This document shows positions 39,177 to 51,205 of a stretch of 64,000 nucleotides of DNA, piece by piece. Positions within the stretch are counted from its first letter, which is position 1. The number at the start of each line of letters is the position of its first letter. The translations under genes were made by a program, and so were the position numbers. The notes under the pieces are model-generated. The model searched no databases, was not told the DNA's origin, and was given only the letters and a program-made list of their open reading frames with translations. The DNA is from Planctomycetota bacterium. GTDB taxonomy: Bacteria; Planctomycetota; B15-G4; SIAN01. The stretch is from assembly GCA_028289345.1 (NCBI GenBank), contig JANQQL010000050.1, forward strand, positions 202,370-266,369. The letters are read 5' to 3'.

Positions 39177-39616
39177 CGCGAAACTCCTTTTGCGCGAGTG
39201 GCGATTCCAAGGTCCCGGACACGGTCTCCCGGAAGCGCAACTCGCGGTGTCAAACAGGTTCGAGCGGAGCAGGGCAAGTGGTTTCGAGTTGCCGTGGACG
39301 AAGCGCGAAGAGCCGATCAAAAGTGGGACGGATTCAGGGTGTGCCTAGCACGCGGCGCGGCTCGAGACTGTCCGGATTGTCGAGATCCCCGAATGCTTTT
39401 CAAGCGTGCCGGCGTCGATCCAACCAACGAGGTGGCCTGAGGAATCGACAAAGCCCCCGGCGGGTTCACCACGTGGTGAACAGACCTCCGTGACCCGCAC
39501 GCGGACCCCGACCAGCTCTCCCCCCGATGGCGGTCCCGTGCACCCACGCTGTCGGACCCGGGCATTCTGAGGGAATGCGCTCGGGGCCCACTCGGAAAGT
39601 CCCTATCGTCCTCGCC

Positions 39617-40567
39617 ATGGCTCTCCCTCCGAACCCACTGCAAAGCGTGATCGACCGCCAGGGCACCGTCGTCCTGGATGGCGGTTTGGCCACCGCCCTG
39701 GAAGCTCATGGCTGCAACCTGGACCACGAACTCTGGTCTGCAAAAGTTTTGCAAAGTTCGCCAGAGCTGATCCGCCAGGTGCATCTGGAGTTCTTGCGAG
39801 CCGGAGCCGACTGCATCACCAGCGCCACCTACCAGGCCAGCATTGCCGGGTTCGCCAAGCACGGCATCGACGAGACCGAGGCCCGTCGGCTCTTCACCCT
39901 GGCCACCGAACTCGCGGTCGAAGCCCGCAACGAGTTCCTGAAGGAGGACGCCGCCGCCAACCGAGCCCGCCCGCTGGTCGCCGCCAGCATCGGCCCCTAT
40001 GGCGCCTACCTGGCCGACGGCTCCGAGTACCGGGGTCAGTACGGAGTGTCGGACGAGGAGCTGCGCGAGTTTCACCTGACCCGCTGGGAAGTCCTGGCCG
40101 CGTCGGGCGCAGACCTCCTCGCGTGCGAGACCATTCCCTGTCACCGCGAAACCGAAGTGCTGCTCGACCTACTGACCGAGACTCCGGACCTCTGGGCCTG
40201 GATGAGCTTCACCTGTAAGGATGACACCGACCTCCGGGACGGCGTATCCTTCACCGACGTGGTGCACGCTTGTGACTCGGTGGAGAACGTTGCCGCCATC
40301 GGCATCAACTGCACCTCGCCGGAGTTCGTCTGGCGATTGCTGGACCTGGCCTGTGCCCACACCGACAAGCCCCTCATCGTTTATTCCAATTCGGGCGAGA
40401 CTTACGACACGAAGACTCGTTCCTGGGTCGGCGCGACCAAACCACTCGATTACCCCGCGCTCGTAGCGGAGTGGAAAGACCGCAGTGCTGCCGGAATCGG
40501 CGGCTGCTGTCGAGTGACCGCGGACGACATTGCGACCATTCGCGAGGCGGCCCTCGCACCCGAGTAG
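39617..40567 (+). CDS. homocysteine S-methyltransferase (MmuM/HMT family)
   Basis: LDGGLATALE N-terminus, zinc-binding Cys motifs GINCTSPE and GGCCRV. Start at ATG 39617; an alternative Met lies at 39575. Confidence 0.8.
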   Translation: MALPPNPLQSVIDRQGTVVLDGGLATALEAHGCNLDHELWSAKVLQSSPELIRQVHLEFLRAGADCITSATYQASIAGFAKHGIDETEARRLFTLATELAVEARNEFLKEDAAANRARPLVAASIGPYGAYLADGSEYRGQYGVSDEELREFHLTRWEVLAASGADLLACETIPCHRETEVLLDLLTETPDLWAWMSFTCKDDTDLRDGVSFTDVVHACDSVENVAAIGINCTSPEFVWRLLDLACAHTDKPLIVYSNSGETYDTKTRSWVGATKPLDYPALVAEWKDRSAAGIGGCCRVTADDIATIREAALAPE

Positions 40568-40816
40568 CCACGGCGGTTCCTCGATCGGGAAGCCCACGGG
40601 GGGTGGCTTCTCCGGTTTTCCGGCTGCACGACTCGTCAGTGTTCGCGCAGGGACCTTCTCCCTGGCTCGGTCGCCTCGGGTTCGCGCGTCCGATCATCGG
40701 CTCGGCGTGTGGCGATCGACTCGCTCCAGAGCATCAACGAAGCCACCACTCGCGACACGACCCATGGGGCGCTGCCATCTTTGTCGCTTGTTCGCACCGC
40801 TCTACACTCCCCCGGC

Positions 40817-41671
40817 ATGTCGGACACTCCCATGGTTTCGTCTCGCTCGGAGTGTCTGCCTCTGCACTCCGAACCGACCCACTTCGCGACGTTCTACTGC
40901 GACGATTCGCGCTGGGCGCATCGCGTCCATCCTCTGGTCGGCCCGCGCGGTCCCCAGCCAGACTTGTTGGAACCCTTCTGCGACGCCATCCGCTCCTCCC
41001 ATCCGAATGCCACCCTGGTTCTTTTGACCGATTCTCGAACCTCCGCGCCTCGCTGCTTCGATGAAGTGATTCGCCGGGAAGTGGATCCCGAAGCTCTCAT
41101 GCTGGAACGCTTCCGCCACCATCGCCAGTTTCTCGTGGAACAGAGCAGGGGCGCACGAGTCGCCTTCCTGGACAGCGACTGTTTGCTCGTCCGACCTCTG
41201 GACGCGTTTCGTCATTCCTTCGACTTCGCGGTCACTCGACGCACCCAGAGAGGAAGTCGGCCGTTCAACAACGGCGTGCTGCTGGCGCGCACAGAAAACA
41301 AGGCGCCGCTGGTCGCGCTCTACGAGGCACTCCTCACCCGCCTCGGACAACGCCCCCTTTCCGAACAAGCTTGGGGAGGGAACGAACAGGTTCTCGCCTC
41401 GTTGCTCCTCGCCCACGGGAAAGGGCCGAGGATTCGAGTGGGGGAGCTGAGGATCCGAGTGCTGGAAGCCTCTCTCTACAACGCCCTTCCCGAGCACGAC
41501 CAGGGTCGCGAGGTCGCTCGCATCCTTCACTTCGAAGGGGATCGAAAGCCGCAGATGATCCGCGAAGCCCGTCGGCGAATCAGCCCGCGTGGGCCGCCGA
41601 TGCCGCGTTCCCCTGGCCGTTCATGGAAGGAGGCAGCCGGTGCCTTCCCTCGGCAACCCGCCGCGCCATGA
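40817..41671 (+). CDS. hypothetical protein, possibly nucleotide-sugar transferase-like
   Basis: Non-repetitive composition with a DxD-like motif AFLDSDCLLV. The antisense ORF looks like an artefact. Start uncertain. Confidence 0.4.
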   Translation: MSDTPMVSSRSECLPLHSEPTHFATFYCDDSRWAHRVHPLVGPRGPQPDLLEPFCDAIRSSHPNATLVLLTDSRTSAPRCFDEVIRREVDPEALMLERFRHHRQFLVEQSRGARVAFLDSDCLLVRPLDAFRHSFDFAVTRRTQRGSRPFNNGVLLARTENKAPLVALYEALLTRLGQRPLSEQAWGGNEQVLASLLLAHGKGPRIRVGELRIRVLEASLYNALPEHDQGREVARILHFEGDRKPQMIREARRRISPRGPPMPRSPGRSWKEAAGAFPRQPAAP

Positions 41672-42335
41672 GAAACTCCGCGACCGCCAGGTCCTCGCGA
41701 GTGTGAACGTCGATGCCGGAGGCGGAATCGTCGTTCGGCAGGATCCACACCCGATCGCCCAGCCGTCGCCCCTGGCGAATCCATGACGCTCGAGTGGCGC
41801 AACCAAGCCCGGTGTCCTCCCGCACGAACTCTGCTCCCTTCTGTCGAGGCTGGTAATCGGTCGCTCCCACACGCCCCCATTCCCCGTCGGTCCACTTCCA
41901 GTAATGCTTGTGAGTGGGGTGTCCCACGAACGCCGAGTCGAGTTCGGGAAAATCGAGGAGGCGCTGCACGCACTGATCGATCCACTCGGGACACCGAAAC
42001 AAATCGGTGCACTGAAGGTAGACCACCACATCCGCGCGCCAGTCTTCGTGGGACTCCAGCCAGCCCAGGGCATGTTGCAGCACGGACTCTGCACTGGCCG
42101 TGTCGTGGGAAAGCTCCTCGGGCCGAAGGAAGGGGGCCTCGGCACCGTAGTACCGGCCAACTTCCGCATACTTCGCCGAGTCGGTGGACAGCAGAACTCG
42201 TTCCACCAGCGACGACTGCCGGGCGTGGAACACCGTGTGGCCGATCAACGGCACTCCACACACCTCACGGAGGTTCTTGTCCGAAAGCCCGGTCGAACCC
42301 GACCGAGCAGCAATGATGGCAACAACGTGGGTCAT
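41580..42335 (-). CDS. acylneuraminate (nonulosonic acid) cytidylyltransferase-like, NeuA/PseF family
   Basis: VVAIIAARSGSTGLSDKNLREV N-terminal P-loop-like motif and RPEELSHDTASAESVLQHAL, typical of CMP-NeuAc synthetase-type enzymes. Confidence 0.7.
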   Translation of the reverse strand: MTHVVAIIAARSGSTGLSDKNLREVCGVPLIGHTVFHARQSSLVERVLLSTDSAKYAEVGRYYGAEAPFLRPEELSHDTASAESVLQHALGWLESHEDWRADVVVYLQCTDLFRCPEWIDQCVQRLLDFPELDSAFVGHPTHKHYWKWTDGEWGRVGATDYQPRQKGAEFVREDTGLGCATRASWIRQGRRLGDRVWILPNDDSASGIDVHTREDLAVAEFLMARRVAEGRHRLPPSMNGQGNAASAAHAG

Positions 42336-42675
42336 CGATTCCTTTCGATTTGTCCATGCATGGTGAGTTCCAGAAGGGCGGAGGAATGCCACCTCCCGCC
42401 ATTCCTCCCCAACGACAAACGCTGCGTGCCACGGAAAGAGAGTCCAGGGCGGTCAGCCATAGAGATTGAGAAACGGCGGATCTTAGGTAAGGGTCCGCGA
42501 CGGTCTCGGGAAGGCCTTTGGTGGCCTTGCGCGGTTCATAGCAAAGCGAGTAGGCCGACTCGATCGCTCTCACAGGAACAAGCGGTCTTCCCCAGCCTCG
42601 TCCCTCGTCATGTCGACACCAACCTCATTGAACACGTGCCACCATCGTGTCAGGTTGAGAGCGGGAGGAGAAACC

Positions 42676-43587
42676 ATGAAGCAACCGGCACGAGTGATGA
42701 AGACCTACGATCGAGTTCGGCAGCAGGCGAATCGGGGCCGAACCGTGATCAATGTTTCCGGGAAGCCGATTGGTGGCAACGAGATCGCCATCTTCGCGGG
42801 GCCCTGCTCGGTCGAAACCGAAGAGCAAGTCTGGTCCACCGCGCGCTGGGTCCATTCCCAAGGTGCACAGTTCTTCCGCGCCGGCGCCTACAAGCCCGCG
42901 ACCTACCCGTACGCCTTTCGAGGCCACGGACGCGATGCTCTGCGCCTCCTTCAACAAGTGTCGCGAGAGCTCGACCTCCCCGTGGTCACAGAGGTCATGG
43001 ATCCGCGCGACGTGGAAGAAGTCGTCGAATTCGCCGACATCCTGCAAATCGGGACCCGCAACAGTCAGAACTATCGGTTGCTCAGCGAGGTCGGCAAGAC
43101 GCGCAAACCGGTGTTCCTGAAACGCGGAACTTGGATGACCTTGGACGAATTCCTCGGAGCCGCCGAATACATCGCTCAGCAAGGCAATGACCAAGTGATC
43201 CTGTGTGAGCGAGGCATTCTTTCACCGACTCTCAATACGCCTTCCAACGAGAAACGCACCCGCTGGCGGCTGGACCTGCAGATCGTGCCCGAACTCAAGC
43301 AACGAAGCCACTTGCCCGTCGTCGTCGACCCGAGCCACGGCACCGGCGATCGAGACTTCGTGACCGACCTGGCTCGGGCGGGGGTCGCGGTCGGAGCCGA
43401 CGGACTGATGATCGAAACCCATCCATTTCCCGACGAATCGATCTCCGACAGTGCCCAGGCCCTGTCGTTCGAAGCCTTCGCCGATTTGATGAAACAGGTC
43501 GGAGGAATCGCTCGGGCGATGGGGCGGAGCTTTCCCGTGGCTTCCGAAGCCACTCTTAGTTCGACGACGGCGGCAGGCCAGGGCTGA
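42676..43587 (+). CDS. 3-deoxy-7-phosphoheptulonate (DAHP) synthase, class I-beta type
   Basis: Motifs [37 protein letters not shown] and VILCERGI match Thermotoga/Bacillus-type DAHPS. It has GPCSVE rather than the KDO8PS variant. RBS gggaggag upstream. Confidence 0.8.
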   Translation: MKQPARVMKTYDRVRQQANRGRTVINVSGKPIGGNEIAIFAGPCSVETEEQVWSTARWVHSQGAQFFRAGAYKPATYPYAFRGHGRDALRLLQQVSRELDLPVVTEVMDPRDVEEVVEFADILQIGTRNSQNYRLLSEVGKTRKPVFLKRGTWMTLDEFLGAAEYIAQQGNDQVILCERGILSPTLNTPSNEKRTRWRLDLQIVPELKQRSHLPVVVDPSHGTGDRDFVTDLARAGVAVGADGLMIETHPFPDESISDSAQALSFEAFADLMKQVGGIARAMGRSFPVASEATLSSTTAAGQG

Positions 43588-43945
43588 CTTTCAAGGTCTT
43601 CGCCCGGCGAATCGTGACCTCGCCCACCGGGCTGCCGCGAGTCTTGGTCACATCGCAGCCACGGGTCACGGACACCGGCACCTTCTTGGCGTTCCGAGCT
43701 TTGCTGTGCCAGGCCGCCACCGACGCAGCTCCTCGCAAGGCGGTCGCGTCCGGCTCGCGCCCTTCTTCTTGCAACAGCAAAACGTGGGATCCGGGGCAGC
43801 CCGAGGCGTGAAACCAATAGTCCTTCGGCTTCGCGAAGCGGAGGCTCAGGAACTCGTTGTCAGCATCGGTCTTGCCCGCGAGAACGGTCCAGCCGCCCTC
43901 CAATTCGTAGCGACGGAAACGCCGCGAATCGATTTCTCGGTCCAT
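43556..43945 (-). CDS. DUF814/NFACT-R-like small protein
   Basis: The motif [16 protein letters not shown] resembles the NFACT-R/DUF814 signature. Start at MDREIDS inside ORF 43556..44056. Confidence 0.5.
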   Translation of the reverse strand: MDREIDSRRFRRYELEGGWTVLAGKTDADNEFLSLRFAKPKDYWFHASGCPGSHVLLLQEEGREPDATALRGAASVAAWHSKARNAKKVPVSVTRGCDVTKTRGSPVGEVTIRRAKTLKVSPGLPPSSN

Positions 43946-43965
43946 TCGGTCCTCGCCACTTCCGA

Positions 43966-45375
<1,410 letters not shown>

Positions 45376-45530
45376 GACACGCCCCTTCGTACTGACGAAT
45401 CGTCCCGCTCACCCACGGGGACCGAGCCGCGGATCTTAGAGAATCACCCACCGGGCTTTTTCAGAGAGTGGCAGAGATCCGGAGAGCCCCTTTGAGGGCG
45501 AAGCTCTGGGTGCCGGAGCCGGAGACACTC

Positions 45531-46274
45531 TCAACGGGAGGCGAGGGCTTCCCGGACTGCGGGCCAGCGGCGGCGGCTCACCCGGACCCGGCTGCCCTCG
45601 GAAAGGGTCAACTCCTGCCCGCCGTCCGACAGCGCTCGGCGCTGGGCAATCGCCGTCATCTGCACCAGGGCTCCCCGATGCACCCGCAGGAACCCGTGGT
45701 CGGCGAGCAGATCCTCCATGGCCTGCATGGTCTGGCGCACCAAATGAGTGCGTCCACGGGCGTGGATCATCAGGTAATGGTCGCAGGCTTCCACCCAGCA
45801 CACTTCCTCGGGCCTCAAGAACAATTCGCCGCCGCTGGTCTTGAAGGCAAGAGGGGGCCGACTCGCGCCCGCGGCCGAGGGTGGCCCGGCGCGGCGCCAA
45901 GCAAGCCGCTCTTCCGCGCGTGCCAAGGACTGTTCGAAACGCGCGGTGTCGAATGGCTTCACCAGGTAATCGAGGGCATCGTACTCGAACGCCTGCAGCG
46001 CGTAGCGATCGAACGCGGTCACCAAGATCACGTAGGGACGCCTCGCCACATCAAGCCGCTTGGTCAGCTCCGCCAGAAGCTGAATGCCGTTGAGCTCCGG
46101 CATGCGAACGTCCAGAAACACCAGGTCGACAGGATCGGACAGCAGCAACCGCAGCGCCCGCTCGGAGTCTCCGAGCGACCACAAGCTTTCGAACCCGTCT
46201 CGAGACCCGAGCAACGCTTCCAAGTTGCGTCGGGCGAGCGGCTCGTCGTCGACGATTGCACAGCGAACGGTCAC
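45531..46274 (-). CDS. response regulator, LytR/AlgR (LytTR DNA-binding) family
   Basis: REC domain CAIVDDEPLARRNL...DLVFLDVRMPELNG followed by a LytTR domain (FLRVHRGALVQ). Confidence 0.85.
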   Translation of the reverse strand: MTVRCAIVDDEPLARRNLEALLGSRDGFESLWSLGDSERALRLLLSDPVDLVFLDVRMPELNGIQLLAELTKRLDVARRPYVILVTAFDRYALQAFEYDALDYLVKPFDTARFEQSLARAEERLAWRRAGPPSAAGASRPPLAFKTSGGELFLRPEEVCWVEACDHYLMIHARGRTHLVRQTMQAMEDLLADHGFLRVHRGALVQMTAIAQRRALSDGGQELTLSEGSRVRVSRRRWPAVREALASR

Positions 46275-47404
46275 GACGCGTCCTTCCCGGAAACGAGAAG
46301 CTCTCCCGCAGAACCGATCGGTTCCAGCGGCCAGCGCAGGGTCACTCGGGTCCCGCCGGTCTCTGGCACCGACGCGGTCATGGAGAACCGCTCGCCATAC
46401 AGCTCTCTCAAACGCGACCGGGTGTTGCCCCAGCCAATGCGCTCGCGGGCCTCAGGGCTCACTCCGGGTCCGTCGTCCTCGACTTCGACCACCAGGTCGC
46501 CGTGGTCCTCGCGAACGCGCAACACCACCGAGCCCCCCGCCGCCCGTTGTTCCACACCATGCACGATGGCATTTTCGACCAGCGGCTGGAGCACCCAACG
46601 GGGAAAGGACACGACTCGAAGTGCGTCGTCCACCTCGAGCCGCACCTGAAGTCGATCCTCGAAGCGGCAGCGCTCGATTTCCAAGTAGTGATCCAGAGCT
46701 TGCAGTTCTGCTTCCAGAGAAGCCTCTCCCTCTTCTTTCGAATCCAACGAGCCGCGCAGGAAATCTCCCAAGCGTCCGAGGATTCCCAAGGCCTTCTCGC
46801 CCTGGTTGCCGCGGATCAAGCCGCTCACCGCATGCAGCGAGTTGAACAAGAAGTGCGGGCTCATTTGCATGCGCAACACTGTCAACCGCGCTTCGGTCAG
46901 TTGTTCCTTCATGCGAGACGCGTGCAACCGCTCCTCTTCGATCAGTGCGGCTTGGTCGAACGCGATGCGTGCCACGACCACCAGCCAGTAGAACATGGTC
47001 TTGGCGAGGAAGAAGTAGTAGGACGACACCCGCAGCGCGTTGGTGAACCCGAAGTCGGTCCCCACCCAAACACCATGCAGCCCCCAGAACAGGGCTGCGA
47101 AGGCGGTGGTCAAGAGCGCCGAGAACGCCACGGACGCCATGAGGTGGGTTGCCAAGCCGGTCACCCAACGGGAACTGATCACCGGGAATCGTCCGGCCAA
47201 CCTCCAGATCCAAGGAGCCGCGACGATCCAAAGCGCCGCGCAGAGAAAGCCCTGCACGACCACAAAGGGAATCGAGGTGATGCGACCGGCGATGGCGTCG
47301 CTGACCACAAAAGCGCCACCGAGGAAGGTGCCGAGAACCAACCAAGCCACGATCCCCCATTTCCGGCGCTGGCGCAGGAACTCCTGAGGGCTCTTGGTTG
47401 GCAT
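46271..47404 (-). CDS. sensor histidine kinase, LytS/YehU (His_kinase) family
   Basis: 5-6 TM N-terminus, H-box region QMSPHFLFNSL, and a C-terminal HATPase. It is start-overlapped by the response regulator (ATGA). Start at 47404; an alternative Met lies at 47473. Confidence 0.8.
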   Translation of the reverse strand: MPTKSPQEFLRQRRKWGIVAWLVLGTFLGGAFVVSDAIAGRITSIPFVVVQGFLCAALWIVAAPWIWRLAGRFPVISSRWVTGLATHLMASVAFSALLTTAFAALFWGLHGVWVGTDFGFTNALRVSSYYFFLAKTMFYWLVVVARIAFDQAALIEEERLHASRMKEQLTEARLTVLRMQMSPHFLFNSLHAVSGLIRGNQGEKALGILGRLGDFLRGSLDSKEEGEASLEAELQALDHYLEIERCRFEDRLQVRLEVDDALRVVSFPRWVLQPLVENAIVHGVEQRAAGGSVVLRVREDHGDLVVEVEDDGPGVSPEARERIGWGNTRSRLRELYGERFSMTASVPETGGTRVTLRWPLEPIGSAGELLVSGKDAS

Positions 47405-47847
47405 CACTCGACTCCCGTGAGAGGAAAGGTGACCGATTTTCGATTCGTCAGCATCCCTTTTCAGAAACGGCATGTTGCTAGAGCACGCTGCCACTTGCCA
47501 ACGGTCGCTTCTGTGTCGCGATCGGATCCCGGGTTGTCGCGAACGGCGGGGGCAGAGCCCTGGAGGAAGGGAAGGGTCTCAGCCCCTCACCGCCATCTCT
47601 ACGAATCGCCGCGGACATTGTTGTTTTCGAGTCTCTCGGGATCATTCGAAGACTCAGCCCGGTGGAAACCAGCGCAGCCACCAGGGGGGCGAAAAACCTC
47701 GGTACCGCCCGGTCGGTCCAAGAAGACTCGGGTGGCCCATCCATCGATTTCCGTGTCTACCGAGCAATCGGACCGCAGGCGAACCGATGGATTCGTCGAG
47801 GACTCGAGGGCGAAGACCAGGACGGAAACGGAAGGTCGGGAGTCCAG

Positions 47848-48927
47848 CTAGCTCCCCGAGGGCAGCCGTCGCAACAGGAACGGAGCAATGGTGCGGGCGG
47901 CCAAGCGGTGAGCGACGTCGTTTGGGGCAGGGTCCTCGGGATGAACCCAGAGGTCTGTCGCTTCCTGGCCGCGAAAGGCCGGCAGCAAATCCAACATGCC
48001 AATCCCTTGGTTCTGGCAATGGGTGCTCAGCTTTTCGTGGAGCCGGTGGAACGGGTAGGAATCCGAGAGGTTGTGCAAGAAAGGGAACAACACGACGCAG
48101 AACTCTCCCCCGCTGGCCTGCACGATTTGCTTGGCGTGAGTGAGGAGCGACAAACTGTTCTCCCAACGTGCGGCTTGGCTCGAACCGAGCATCACCGACT
48201 CTTCCAAGAAGCGACGCGTCTGAGTTCGACGATCGAACACCTCGTGGGCGCAGTTGGCCAGGGATGACCATTTGCCGAAGCCCGGGTTCTCGGGATTGCG
48301 GTACTCGTTCCACAGTTGCAGCTCGCCCAAGTCCCGAGTGTCGTCCAGGGTCGTGACCATGAGCACCACATCGGGATTGAACTCGAGGCCCCGAAACTGC
48401 AGGTAGTTGAGTTCGTCTTCGGTGTTCCACGGACCCACGGCGCAGACATACACCTCCACGGCCAAACCGTAGTGATGCTCGAGCACCGACTCGAGCTGCT
48501 TCCCCATGGTGTGTTCGAGGTGCACGCCTTCTCCGAAAGCGACCGCATCTCCGAGAATCATGACCCTCGGCACCCCCGGAGTCCGCTCCGCGCAGAAATC
48601 CGAACCGCGAAAGCCCTCGCTGTTCAACACGCAGGTCACTTCGCCGTGAAACCCGAAGTAGCCGCGGGGGTTGGACGGGTACACGAAATGCACTTCGGAT
48701 CCGGGATGGAGCTGAGTGCTCACTCCCGTGACCCGGTTGCGGGGCAAGCGGATGAGCGCCGCCTCGAATCCATGGGCCGTCGGGGTTCCGCTGGCCTGTC
48801 CGATGCCAATCAAACGAAACACACCCTCGGCGCTTAGTAGCGCGCCCAGGGCAAAGATTGGCGCCACCCACCAACGACTCCAGCGCGGGTGAGCCAGGTT
48901 GATCGAGATCGGAAAGAGTTTCGCCAT
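47848..48927 (-). CDS. SGNH/GDSL-like hydrolase family hypothetical protein
   Basis: N-terminal TM/signal segment; a VMILGDAVAFGEGV block resembles SGNH block I. Non-repetitive composition. Confidence 0.5.
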   Translation of the reverse strand: MAKLFPISINLAHPRWSRWWVAPIFALGALLSAEGVFRLIGIGQASGTPTAHGFEAALIRLPRNRVTGVSTQLHPGSEVHFVYPSNPRGYFGFHGEVTCVLNSEGFRGSDFCAERTPGVPRVMILGDAVAFGEGVHLEHTMGKQLESVLEHHYGLAVEVYVCAVGPWNTEDELNYLQFRGLEFNPDVVLMVTTLDDTRDLGELQLWNEYRNPENPGFGKWSSLANCAHEVFDRRTQTRRFLEESVMLGSSQAARWENSLSLLTHAKQIVQASGGEFCVVLFPFLHNLSDSYPFHRLHEKLSTHCQNQGIGMLDLLPAFRGQEATDLWVHPEDPAPNDVAHRLAARTIAPFLLRRLPSGS

Positions 48928-48972
48928 CGACAACGGTCCCGTGTTCTCTTTCGGCCGGGGCGGGGCCCGTGC

Positions 48973-49797
48973 TCAGAGGAAAACGGAGAGCCGGCGGAAG
49001 GCGTCCTCGGCGATCTGGGCGGCGCGGTGGCTGTCCCGGGACAGCTCGACCCCGAGAGGACCGGAATATCCCTGAGCCCGAAGCTGGCGGAGCACCGAGG
49101 CGAAGTCGATTTCCCCCTCGCCGATGGGCAGGTGTTCGTGCACTCCACGGTGACCGTCGTCGAGCTGCACGTTGCGCAAAGTGGCCTGAAACTCTTCCAG
49201 GTGATCGGCGGGTTGACCGGGTTCCGTGGCCAGGAGATGCCCGACGTCGAGAGTCGTCGCCAAATCATCCCTGCCCAAACGGCGGCGCAGCTCTCGGTAA
49301 CTGGCGAGATCCCCCACCAGCATGCCGGGCTCCGGCTCCAGGGCGACGACCACCCCCCGCTCGGTCGCGCTGTCGAGCACGTGGGGCAAGCGCTGCTCCA
49401 ACAACTCCCAAGCCCGTTCCTGGGAAGTGCCCGGCTCCGGAGCCCCGCTCCAGAGGGAGATCAGGTTCGCCCCGACCCCTTGGGCCAGACGGCAGCAGTC
49501 CGCGTAGTACTCCAGCCGCCGCTGGGCTGCCGACTCGTCGGCGGTCACCAAGTTGGGCCAGTGCTTGCGACGAGGGTCGAGGACGTAGCGCGCCCCGGTT
49601 TCGACGACACAGCGCAAGCCGAGGTCCTCGAGCAGTTGTCGAAAGGCGGACCAGTCGTCCGGGCCGGTCGCGCGCAGATCGAGGTGAGGCACGTCCGGAG
49701 TCAGCGCGACTCCGCCGTAGCCCAGATCCGCCAGCATTCGGACCGCGTCTTCCAGTCGATGGTGGGCCAGGCCATTGGTGTTGTAGGCCAGGTACAT
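48973..49797 (-). CDS. sugar phosphate isomerase/epimerase (xylose-isomerase-like TIM barrel)
   Basis: N-terminus YLAYNTNGLAHH ... GYGGVAL and a metal-binding E/D/H/E pattern typical of AP_endonuc_2/TIM-barrel isomerases. Confidence 0.7.
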   Translation of the reverse strand: MYLAYNTNGLAHHRLEDAVRMLADLGYGGVALTPDVPHLDLRATGPDDWSAFRQLLEDLGLRCVVETGARYVLDPRRKHWPNLVTADESAAQRRLEYYADCCRLAQGVGANLISLWSGAPEPGTSQERAWELLEQRLPHVLDSATERGVVVALEPEPGMLVGDLASYRELRRRLGRDDLATTLDVGHLLATEPGQPADHLEEFQATLRNVQLDDGHRGVHEHLPIGEGEIDFASVLRQLRAQGYSGPLGVELSRDSHRAAQIAEDAFRRLSVFL

Positions 49798-49817
49798 GGA
49801 CGACGAGGGCGGCCCAC

Positions 49818-51197
49818 TCATCGGGCTCGCTCCAGCAACGACGCGTAGCCACCGTCCCCACCATCATCTTCGGGAAGGGTCTCGTGAGATTCGATCAATG
49901 CGAAGTCGGTCGAGCTCTCCAAGAACCGTCGAACTTGCTGCGTGTTCTCTTCGTCTTCGATGCTGCAGGTCGAGTACAGCAGCTTGCCGCCCGGAGCCAC
50001 TCGAGCCGCGGCCTTCTTCAGCAAGTCGCCCTGCAATTGTCGCAAGGTCTCCAGGTGCTTGGCATCGAGACGATCCCGAGCTTCGGGGCGTCGCCGCAAG
50101 ACCCCGCTGTTGGAACAGGGCGCGTCCAGCAAGACCCCGTCAAAGCCGGTATCGAACGGTGCGGGAAACGGCTCCGGGTCCCGGGCATCCGCCTGAACCA
50201 CGGACACCGACTTCACTCCCAGCCGCAGGACGGTTTCCTTCAACCGATCGACCCGGCTCTCTTCCCGGTCGACTGCCAGGATCTGCGCCTGATCCCCGCT
50301 GAGTTCGGCCAAGTGGGTTGCCTTGCCCCCGGGTGCGGCGCACAAGTCCAAGTACTTGTGATGGGGCTCCGGGCCCAATAGAGGAGCGATCGCCATGGCT
50401 GTTTCGTCCTGCACGGTGCACCGGCCACTGCGGAACGCCTTGCTGCGCACCAGTTCCGCGGCAGGTGCCGCGACGACGATGGACTCGGGAAGCTTGCCCT
50501 CCAAGCAGCGAATGCCTTCGCCGCGAAGCTGCTCCAGCGTGTGCTCTCGATCCCTTCCCAATAGATTGGCTCGCACGAACAGCGGCGCTGGACGGTTGTT
50601 TCGATGCAACAGTTCTTCACAGCGCTCCCGACCCCAGCGATCCAGCCAGCGCTGAACCATCTCGGCCGGATGATTGGTGATCGCCGCCAAATACTCCGCC
50701 GGCTGTTGCTCAGGATCGGGGAACACCGGGCGCGAGAAGAAGCACACCTTCTTGTCGCGGATCAGCAGCCGCTTGGTCTCGGACGCGCCGCCTCGATCGC
50801 GGTCCAAGGGAACGCGACGAATCTGGCGATCCATGGCCCGCAGAACTCCGTTCACGAAACTTCGCCGGCGGGGCGGGCCCGACAGCTGGGCGACCGTTTC
50901 ATGGATCGCAGCGAACGCGGGAACTCCGTCCAAGTACAGCAACTGGTAGAGGCCCAGACGCAGGGATTGGAGGACCGCCCGTTCCAACTCGTCGAGAGGC
51001 ACTCGCGAGTAGGCAGCGAGGATGGCGTCCAAGGTCCGACGGTGACGAAGCACGCCCAGGACCAGCTCCGTCAGGAACCCGCGCTCCCGCTTCTTAAGGT
51101 TCTTTTCCTGACAGGCTTGGTGAATGCGCTCGGTCGCGAATCCTCGCGAACCGCGTTCGAGGTCCCCCAGAATTCGCGTGGCGACGGCGCGCACCAT
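49818..51197 (-). CDS. rsmB: 16S rRNA (cytosine967-C5)-methyltransferase
   Basis: NusB-like N-terminus, SAM-binding DLCAAPGGK, and catalytic region DAPCSNSGVLRRRPE ... YSTCSI. Confidence 0.85.
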   Translation of the reverse strand: MVRAVATRILGDLERGSRGFATERIHQACQEKNLKKRERGFLTELVLGVLRHRRTLDAILAAYSRVPLDELERAVLQSLRLGLYQLLYLDGVPAFAAIHETVAQLSGPPRRRSFVNGVLRAMDRQIRRVPLDRDRGGASETKRLLIRDKKVCFFSRPVFPDPEQQPAEYLAAITNHPAEMVQRWLDRWGRERCEELLHRNNRPAPLFVRANLLGRDREHTLEQLRGEGIRCLEGKLPESIVVAAPAAELVRSKAFRSGRCTVQDETAMAIAPLLGPEPHHKYLDLCAAPGGKATHLAELSGDQAQILAVDREESRVDRLKETVLRLGVKSVSVVQADARDPEPFPAPFDTGFDGVLLDAPCSNSGVLRRRPEARDRLDAKHLETLRQLQGDLLKKAAARVAPGGKLLYSTCSIEDEENTQQVRRFLESSTDFALIESHETLPEDDGGDGGYASLLERAR

Positions 51198-51205
51198 GGC
51201 GAGCC

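Noticed and set aside
38658-39320. Alternative reading of the split peroxiredoxin as a pseudogene (nonsense mutation)
   Set aside because: Not fully excluded. It is disfavoured because the single stop is TGA exactly at the catalytic Cys codon, both halves are otherwise intact and in the same frame, and a perfect hairpin follows at SECIS-like spacing. Kept as a selenoprotein candidate pending detection of sel genes.
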